64,000 bases of DNA from an archaeon (GTDB lineage Archaea > Asgardarchaeota > Thorarchaeia > Thorarchaeales > Thorarchaeaceae), in assembly GCA_024276825.1 (NCBI GenBank), contig JAJRWI010000053.1:12404-76403 (forward strand). The letters are read 5' to 3'. Made by a program: the position numbers and the translations under genes. The notes below the pieces were generated by a model, which made no database searches, was not told the DNA's origin, and saw only the letters and a program-made list of their open reading frames with translations. This document shows positions 58,022 to 64,000 of the stretch, one piece after another (positions within the stretch are counted from its first letter, which is position 1; each line of letters opens with the position of its first letter).

Positions 58022-58564
58022 TTAATTTCGCAGAACTTGAAAATCTGCCTGCATCACCTCTTTGATTCTTGGAAACCTCAAGGCAGCAGCGGGATGGTAT
58101 GTCATGAAGAAGGTAAAATCGCCGCCCTCATAGAACTTGCCATGAGCTTCTTTGACTGGCCAAGGGCCTATTATGGATGAGATTGCAACGCCACCAAGAA
58201 GAACTACGATCTTGGGTCTGATTACAGCCATCTGGGACTCAAGATATGGTAAGCAGGCCGCTATTTCGGAGTAAGAAGGAGTTCGGTTTTTAGGAGGTCT
58301 TGACTTCAATATTGAGGTGATAAAAACCTCTTCACGAGTCAGGCATATTGATTCAAGTAACTCAACCAAGATCTCACCAGACCTGCCAACGAATGGTCTG
58401 CCGAGTTCATCTTCTTTTGCGCCAGGTGCTTCCCCAATAAACATGAGAAGGGCATTTATAGGGCCTTCTCCTGGGACCGCATTCTTTCGGGTCTTATATA
58501 GGGGGCATTTTGTGCAGGTTTTTATCTCTGCTGCAATTCGTTCGAGTTGGTGTTGATCACTCAT
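58022..58564 (-). CDS. udg: Uracil-DNA glycosylase family 4
   Basis: CTKCPL, VPGEG, IGEAPG, GRPFVG, RPPKNR, YHPAA; start MSDQH. Confidence 0.93.
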   Translation of the reverse strand: MSDQHQLERIAAEIKTCTKCPLYKTRKNAVPGEGPINALLMFIGEAPGAKEDELGRPFVGRSGEILVELLESICLTREEVFITSILKSRPPKNRTPSYSEIAACLPYLESQMAVIRPKIVVLLGGVAISSIIGPWPVKEAHGKFYEGGDFTFFMTYHPAAALRFPRIKEVMQADFQVLRN

Positions 58565-58604
58565 TTGAGGTTGATTAAGCACCTTATCTGATAAACGCAA
58601 CGTA

Positions 58605-60401
58605 TCACGAGGGGGCTGTAATCTCAGGATGTTCAATCTCAGAGGACAGCGACTGAAACTCACGTTCCATCTTCTTTTCGATTGTGTCCATTGTCTTATC
58701 ATAGGAGTCCCAAGGTGCAATTTTCATTCTGGCAATGTTATCAAGCACACTGAACTCCAGAATCCTTCTGACACTCACACCCATCTGCACAGCCTTCATC
58801 ATCTTACGGGCAAAATTGATGATTATTCTCAGCATTCTGTAGGTCTTTCCAATTGGGCAGAATGTATCAATCTCATGGAGGGCACTCTGAGTGAGAAAGT
58901 CTTCCTTTATCATTCTTGCCGCTTCAAGGATTGCGCGCTCAGACTCTGGTAGTGCGTCTGGACCAACGAGCTGTACAATCTCACGCAGTTCTTGATCCTT
59001 CTGCAGTATTGCCATTGCCTCTCTTACAAGATCGGGCCAGTCAGGGCCCAGATGTTCTTTATGCCAGGCCTCCAATGTCTTATGATACAATGAATAGCTT
59101 GTCAGTGTATTGATTGCAGGGAAGAAACGTCGTGCAGCAAGGTCCTTGTCCAGAGCCCAGAACACCTTGACGATTCTTAGGGTTGCTTGAGTGACTGGTT
59201 CTGAGAAATCGCCACCTGGAGGGGATACTGCGCCACATAGGGTGATAGAACCCAGACGATCATCAGATCCTAATGCTTTCACTCGACCACCTCGTTCATA
59301 GAATTGAGCAAGGCGGGAACCAAGATATGCAGGATATCCCTCTTCAGATGGTAATTGACCCAGACGACCTGAGATCTCACGAAGTGCTTCTGCCCAGCGG
59401 GAGGTGGAGTCCGCCATAAGAGCGACATCATAGCCCTGATCGCGGAAATACTCTGCGATTGTGACAGCCACATATATTGATGCCTCACGGGCTGCGACTG
59501 GCATATTGGAAGTATTAGCAATCAGGACAGTACGCTCCATCAATGGGCGGCCAGACTTTGGGTCTTTCAAATGTGGCCATTCCTCTAATGCCTCAGTCAT
59601 CTCATTTCCACGTTCACCGCAGCCAACATATACCACGACCTGTGCATCAGCCCATTTTGCAAACTGATGGAGAGTCACAGTCTTCCCTGTGCCAAATCCA
59701 CCTGGAATTGCACCGGTGCCGCCTTTTGCTTGAGGCATGAAAGTGTCAATGACACGTTGACCAGTAATCAAGGGAGTATTGAGATGTACGCGTTCCTTGA
59801 AGGGACGACCGACACGGACAGGAGTCTTCTGCATCATTGTCACTTCATGGATGTCATCATGGGAGTCCTTTACCTTGCATATTGTTTCTATTACTGTATG
59901 CTCGCCCTTTGCAATCTCTACAATCTCACCCTCAATGCCAAGTGGAATCATAATCTTTGATGTAATGATGCCAGTTTCAGGGACTTCACCGATAATATCG
60001 CCGGGTATCACCTTGTCCCCTACTTTGACAGTTGGATGAAACTTCCATTTCTTGGTCTTGTCGAGACCCTCAACTGTTAGACCACGGGTGATAAAGTCAC
60101 CAGAGAGATCTCTCAAATCTGGAAGCGGTCTCTGAATACCATCATATATTGATCCAATAAGGCCTGGTCCAAGCTCCACAGATAGTGTGTCGCCTGTTGT
60201 AATCACAGGTTCACCAGGCGCAAGACCAGAGGTTTCTTCGTAGCACTGTACCGTACATATGTCTTCACTGACCTCAATCACTTCGCCAATCAGCTTTTCT
60301 TTTCCTACGCGGACAACCTCATACATTCTCACTGAGGGGAGACCACCACATTTCACAACAGGACCTGCGATGCTTTCGATATATCCAGTTTCTTGAGCCA
60401 T
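58605..60401 (-). CDS. atpA: A/V-type ATP synthase subunit A (no intein)
   Basis: GGFGTGKT, GCGERGNE, ANTSNMPVAARE, DSTSRWAEALRE. Confidence 0.97.
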   Translation of the reverse strand: MAQETGYIESIAGPVVKCGGLPSVRMYEVVRVGKEKLIGEVIEVSEDICTVQCYEETSGLAPGEPVITTGDTLSVELGPGLIGSIYDGIQRPLPDLRDLSGDFITRGLTVEGLDKTKKWKFHPTVKVGDKVIPGDIIGEVPETGIITSKIMIPLGIEGEIVEIAKGEHTVIETICKVKDSHDDIHEVTMMQKTPVRVGRPFKERVHLNTPLITGQRVIDTFMPQAKGGTGAIPGGFGTGKTVTLHQFAKWADAQVVVYVGCGERGNEMTEALEEWPHLKDPKSGRPLMERTVLIANTSNMPVAAREASIYVAVTIAEYFRDQGYDVALMADSTSRWAEALREISGRLGQLPSEEGYPAYLGSRLAQFYERGGRVKALGSDDRLGSITLCGAVSPPGGDFSEPVTQATLRIVKVFWALDKDLAARRFFPAINTLTSYSLYHKTLEAWHKEHLGPDWPDLVREAMAILQKDQELREIVQLVGPDALPESERAILEAARMIKEDFLTQSALHEIDTFCPIGKTYRMLRIIINFARKMMKAVQMGVSVRRILEFSVLDNIARMKIAPWDSYDKTMDTIEKKMEREFQSLSSEIEHPEITAPS

Positions 60402-60422
60402 TTGGTACAACCTCTTTCATTA

Positions 60423-60746
60423 TCATATCTTGATATCAATACCCACTGCCCGTCTGACAAGTTCTCTCAGTAGTTTCTCATAGGCCCCAGTAGTGCCCGT
60501 TCTATCAGGTACTAACAGAATGACGGGGATGGGGGCTTCAGATATCTCAAGAATTGTGTCCTCAACTTCTTTTGCCAAGGATTCTGTGATTATTATGAGC
60601 CCCACGTCAGGGTTTCTAAAGTAGTCAATCAGTGTGGAGCGGGTAACTTCTTGCGACCGAGAGACCGTGCACATTCGAACGCCGGCCATTTGGAAACCTG
60701 TTACTGTATCCCTATCACCAATAACGGCGATCTTGTCACTCGCCAT
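60423..60746 (-). CDS. atpF: A/V-type ATP synthase subunit F
   Basis: IAVIGDRDTVTGFQMAGV...RRAVGIDI. Confidence 0.94.
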   Translation of the reverse strand: MASDKIAVIGDRDTVTGFQMAGVRMCTVSRSQEVTRSTLIDYFRNPDVGLIIITESLAKEVEDTILEISEAPIPVILLVPDRTGTTGAYEKLLRELVRRAVGIDIKI

Positions 60747-60821
60747 ATAGAGTACTCCATTTCAATCGATGCTAACCTATAGTTTTGCATTCTACTAAAA
60801 AGCATTTGCAAAATGCAATTT

Positions 60822-61307
60822 TTATGAGCAGAACTGTGCAATAATGTCATCTTCATTGATCAATGTCCAACAATATTTGCATTTGAGTTGTGTCGGATGT
60901 TTTGAAACGACCTCGTACTTTGCCTGAATTGGCTCACGTTCCTTATTTGTGATACATCTCATATTAGTACATTGGATCACATCAGTGATGATGTTGGGGA
61001 GTTCAACGCGGTTCTTTTGCACAACCTCATAGTTTTCAATTAGGTTGATAGTTGCTTCTGGGGCAACTAGTGCAATTCTGTCCAATTCCTCCGCTTTGAG
61101 AATCCTGTCCTCAATCTTCACAATGTCCTTTCGTTCAATCTTGGAGGAGGAAATATTCATCGCGAGTGTGACAATGTTTCCTTCTTTACCTGTGATTCCA
61201 AGAATTCTAAGAACATCCAATGCATGGCCCGCACGAATATGATCGATAACTGTGCCATCCTTTATTTTCACAATGCGAATCTTTCCAGTGGGGTCCTTCT
61301 CGTGCAA
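60822..61307 (-). CDS. pyrI: Aspartate carbamoyltransferase regulatory chain
   Basis: IKDGTVIDHI, KDIVKIE, CTNMRC...CKYC. Confidence 0.95.
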   Translation of the reverse strand: MHEKDPTGKIRIVKIKDGTVIDHIRAGHALDVLRILGITGKEGNIVTLAMNISSSKIERKDIVKIEDRILKAEELDRIALVAPEATINLIENYEVVQKNRVELPNIITDVIQCTNMRCITNKEREPIQAKYEVVSKHPTQLKCKYCWTLINEDDIIAQFCS

Positions 61308-61446
61308 GTTGTCACCTGGGTTTTAATTAGGAAGGACTCCAGATTTAGAAGTTACTATTGGGAACTGTAAAGTTCAATAATAACGTAGGCGAAACTTGAT
61401 ATGTGAACATCTCTGAAGACATGCTGTAAAACACTGGTGATTTGAA

Positions 61447-62796
61447 TTGGTACTGGAGAGTCTTGGCCGATCCCTTCATTCTGCCTTGAAGAGGCTTATG
61501 GGCGCTAGTGTGATAGACGAAGACCTAGTCAAAGAGTTGGTTAGGGATATTCAGAGAGCGTTACTCGTGGCAGATGTTGATGTCAATCTTGTGATGGCAA
61601 TCACTGAAAGGGTGCAAAGGCAGGCCCTAGATGAAACTCTGCCAAGAGGCATATCTCGCAGGGAGCATATCGTCCGTGTTGTGTGGGACACACTTGCATA
61701 TTTTCTTGGTGAGAAGACAGTCCCCTTGACGATTCATCCTGGAAAACCCAATGTGATTATGCTGATTGGAATACAGGGATCAGGAAAGACAACTACAGTG
61801 GCCAAGCTGGCGAGATACTTCCAGAAAAGGGGTATCAAAGCAGGGGTAGTGTGTGCAGATAATTTTAGGCCAGGAGCATATGCTCAGCTCGAGCAGCTTG
61901 CCAAGAGATCTAATGTTCCTGTCTATGGTGATGAGAATGAACAGAGTGCTGTAAAGCTTGCCAAGAAAGGCGTCAAGATAATGAAGGAGAAAGGGATTGA
62001 ACTTATTCTTGTCGACACATCTGGAAGACATAGAGAGGAGTCGGCCCTGATAAAGGAGATGAAAGACATTGCAAAGGCCATCAAGCCCCAAGAGATCATA
62101 CTGGTGATTGATGGCACCTTGGGACAACAGGCTGGGGTCCAAGCACATGCATTTAATCAGGCCACAGATGTTGGTTCAATCATAGTCACCAAGCTTGATG
62201 GTAGTGCAAAGGGAGGCGGTGCCTTGTCTGCCGTTGCAGCAACTCGTGCACCAATCAAATTCATCTGTACTGGAGAGGGATTGGATGCGATTGAGCCCTT
62301 TAACCCTACAAAGTTTGTCGGTAGACTCCTTGGCATGTCAGATATCAAAGGGCTGATTGAAAAGGTCAAGGAAGCCCAGATTGAGGTTGATGAGGATGCT
62401 GCTCGCAGGATAATGAAAGGACAGTTTACTCTCACTGATATGATGGCACAGCTGAAGCAGTTTAAAAAGATGGGACCACTTGACAAGGTCTTAGAAATGT
62501 TGGGGGTCAAGTACCAGTTACCAAGTGATATTGCCGAACTGCAGGAGGAAAACCTCAAGAAATTTGAGGTAATTATGGACTCGATGACTAAAGAGGAGCT
62601 TGATAACCCTAAGCTGATTAAATCGTCGCGCATCAGGAGGATTGCTGCTGGTTCAGGGACATCCGTAAGGGATGTTAGAACACTCTTGAAGCAGTATGAA
62701 CAGATGAAGAAAATGATGAAACATGCAGGCAAGCAACGAAAGAGGGGCAGAGGGGGTATCCCGGGCTTTCCGGGAATACCAGGCATGGGAGCATAG
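61447..62796 (+). CDS. srp54: Signal recognition particle protein SRP54
   Basis: GIQGSGKTTT, DTSGRH, TKLDGSAKGGG, M domain SRIRRIAAGSG. Confidence 0.97.
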   Translation: MVLESLGRSLHSALKRLMGASVIDEDLVKELVRDIQRALLVADVDVNLVMAITERVQRQALDETLPRGISRREHIVRVVWDTLAYFLGEKTVPLTIHPGKPNVIMLIGIQGSGKTTTVAKLARYFQKRGIKAGVVCADNFRPGAYAQLEQLAKRSNVPVYGDENEQSAVKLAKKGVKIMKEKGIELILVDTSGRHREESALIKEMKDIAKAIKPQEIILVIDGTLGQQAGVQAHAFNQATDVGSIIVTKLDGSAKGGGALSAVAATRAPIKFICTGEGLDAIEPFNPTKFVGRLLGMSDIKGLIEKVKEAQIEVDEDAARRIMKGQFTLTDMMAQLKQFKKMGPLDKVLEMLGVKYQLPSDIAELQEENLKKFEVIMDSMTKEELDNPKLIKSSRIRRIAAGSGTSVRDVRTLLKQYEQMKKMMKHAGKQRKRGRGGIPGFPGIPGMGA

Positions 62797-62801
62797 GTTG
62801 C

Positions 62802-63368
62802 TTGATTGTTGTGAGTTCGCGTCATTTTGTGATTATATTGGACTCATTACCAATTGACAGGTCGAGTGTTAAATCTGGAAGGAACTCAGAGGAAACAGTC
62901 ATAGTTGCAAGATGTATAAATGTGGGACTCTTCCTTTCAAATGGCCTTAGGAGAGATGTTGTGATTGACACTGTGGTCTTAGAGAAGAATGGTTTGGTTG
63001 AAATATCATTTCAAGGTCACAAACTTCGAAGAGTATCCCCAGATGAGAGATCAATTGCGCATTTCTTATTAAAAGCAGTCGATAGCCTTGATAGTATTAG
63101 TCAGGGGCAGAGTGCAGAGATGCCTAATGGGATTCATCTATTTAGAGGAGGGTTCGAGGACCTATTATCACAATGGCAGGCTCGTGAGATTTTTATTGCA
63201 AAGGAGGGGACAAAATGGGAGAACATGGTTCCAGAGGGGATATACATCTATGATATGACCAAGGGCAGAGAAATTGAGAAACAGATACATGATTACACTG
63301 AAACCCCCCGTCCATCACATCCAGAGAGGTTTATTCTTGATGTTAATTCATATATTGATAATCTATGA
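62802..63368 (+). CDS. TrmY-like tRNA pseudouridine-54 N1-methyltransferase (SPOUT), divergent C-terminus
   Basis: RCIN.GLFLSNGLRRDV and PDERS motifs; follows srp54. Confidence 0.7.
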   Translation: MIVVSSRHFVIILDSLPIDRSSVKSGRNSEETVIVARCINVGLFLSNGLRRDVVIDTVVLEKNGLVEISFQGHKLRRVSPDERSIAHFLLKAVDSLDSISQGQSAEMPNGIHLFRGGFEDLLSQWQAREIFIAKEGTKWENMVPEGIYIYDMTKGREIEKQIHDYTETPRPSHPERFILDVNSYIDNL

Positions 63369-63453
63369 ATTATGACTGTGAGGAAATCTTCATAATGATT
63401 GTATTTGAGAGAAGAGAGAAGACCATAGACAATGAACAATGGATGTGAAGAGT

Positions 63454-64000
63454 TTGCCTACCAATGTGTCACCCGAGTTTGACAAGCAGCGGCAGATCTA
63501 TGAGGACACTGAAGACCTTGCCCAGCGGATAATAGAACTCGAGAAGTTACTATCACTTGCCCCAAGACACAAGGGCGCAGAACGCATGATTGGTGATTAT
63601 CGAAAGAAACTTGCACAACTCAAAGCCAAACTGGAGAAGCAGAAGGAACAAGAACGGGCCCGAAAGCGTGGCGGCTCGGATGAGGGTGCAATAAGAAAAG
63701 AGGGTGCTGGACAAGTCTGCCTAGTAGGTGTGACCAATAGTGGGAAGTCAACATTGATCAACTCGGTGACCAACGCTGATCTTACTGTTGCAGATTATGC
63801 ATTTGCCACTGCAAAACCCACTCCAGCAATGATGCATTTTGAGGACATCAATATTCAGCTTGTTGAATTGCCTGGGGTGTTTGATGGCAGTTATGAAACC
63901 ACAATTGGTAGGCAGTCATTGGCCTTGGCAAGAAACACTGACTGTATCGCGTTGATAATAGATCTGTCTCAAGACATCGAGTCACAAATGACTGTTATCA
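63454..64000 (+). CDS. DRG/Obg-family GTP-binding protein, N-terminal part; runs off the window edge
   Basis: Not in ORF track. MPTNVSPE...APRHKGAE...IRKEGAGQVCLVGVTNSGKST...DYAFAT...IQLVELPG. Confidence 0.88.
   Translation, partial: MPTNVSPEFDKQRQIYEDTEDLAQRIIELEKLLSLAPRHKGAERMIGDYRKKLAQLKAKLEKQKEQERARKRGGSDEGAIRKEGAGQVCLVGVTNSGKSTLINSVTNADLTVADYAFATAKPTPAMMHFEDINIQLVELPGVFDGSYETTIGRQSLALARNTDCIALIIDLSQDIESQMTVI

Noticed and set aside
1-64000. CRISPR arrays, IS elements, inteins, rRNA, SRP RNA, selenocysteine or pyrrolysine read-through
   Set aside because: None was seen by eye. AtpA, Cdc48, Hef and Top6 are of ordinary length, and no in-frame stop interrupts a conserved protein apart from the rpl11 frameshift.

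Overview
This is a gene-dense archaeal core-genome window. I infer an Asgard archaeon, most plausibly Thorarchaeia, from a ribophorin-I-like gene and the overall gene set; this is not confirmed by any search. It carries two conserved translation clusters: rnp4-yhbY-S19e-PDCD5-L39e-L31e-aIF6-LX-pfdA-ftsY and ftsZ-secE-spt5-L11-L1-P0-P1. It also encodes the top6AB-Dim2-Rio1-aIF1A-Nmd3 ribosome-biogenesis block, glycine cleavage P, FEN1, an RPA32-like protein, Hef, Cdc48, a split A-type ATPase (F-A...B), SRP54 and five CCA-encoding tRNAs. No CRISPR array, rRNA or recognisable transposase was seen. The most notable observations: (1) a 979-aa secreted/membrane protein that appears to fuse a DOMON-like domain with an FKBP prolyl-isomerase domain inserted in it, an Ig-like domain and a ribophorin I (OST1)-like module, divergently paired with an Alg7/AglH-type GlcNAc-1-P transferase; (2) Spt5 with a C2H2-type zinc finger inserted in its NGN domain; (3) tRNA-Leu(GAG) with a 29-nt BHB intron at non-canonical position 43/44; (4) an unannotated structured-RNA candidate beside it; (5) tRNA-Gln starting inside the Trm112 stop codon; (6) a tandem VirB2/CedA-like pilin candidate plus UDG inserted between atpA and atpB; (7) a deoC-aor operon with a Cys-motif DeoC tail and an upstream palindrome; (8) a three-way-junction leader before rpl11, a gene which itself carries a 1-nt frameshift. 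Domain calls rest on motif recognition by eye, not database searches.
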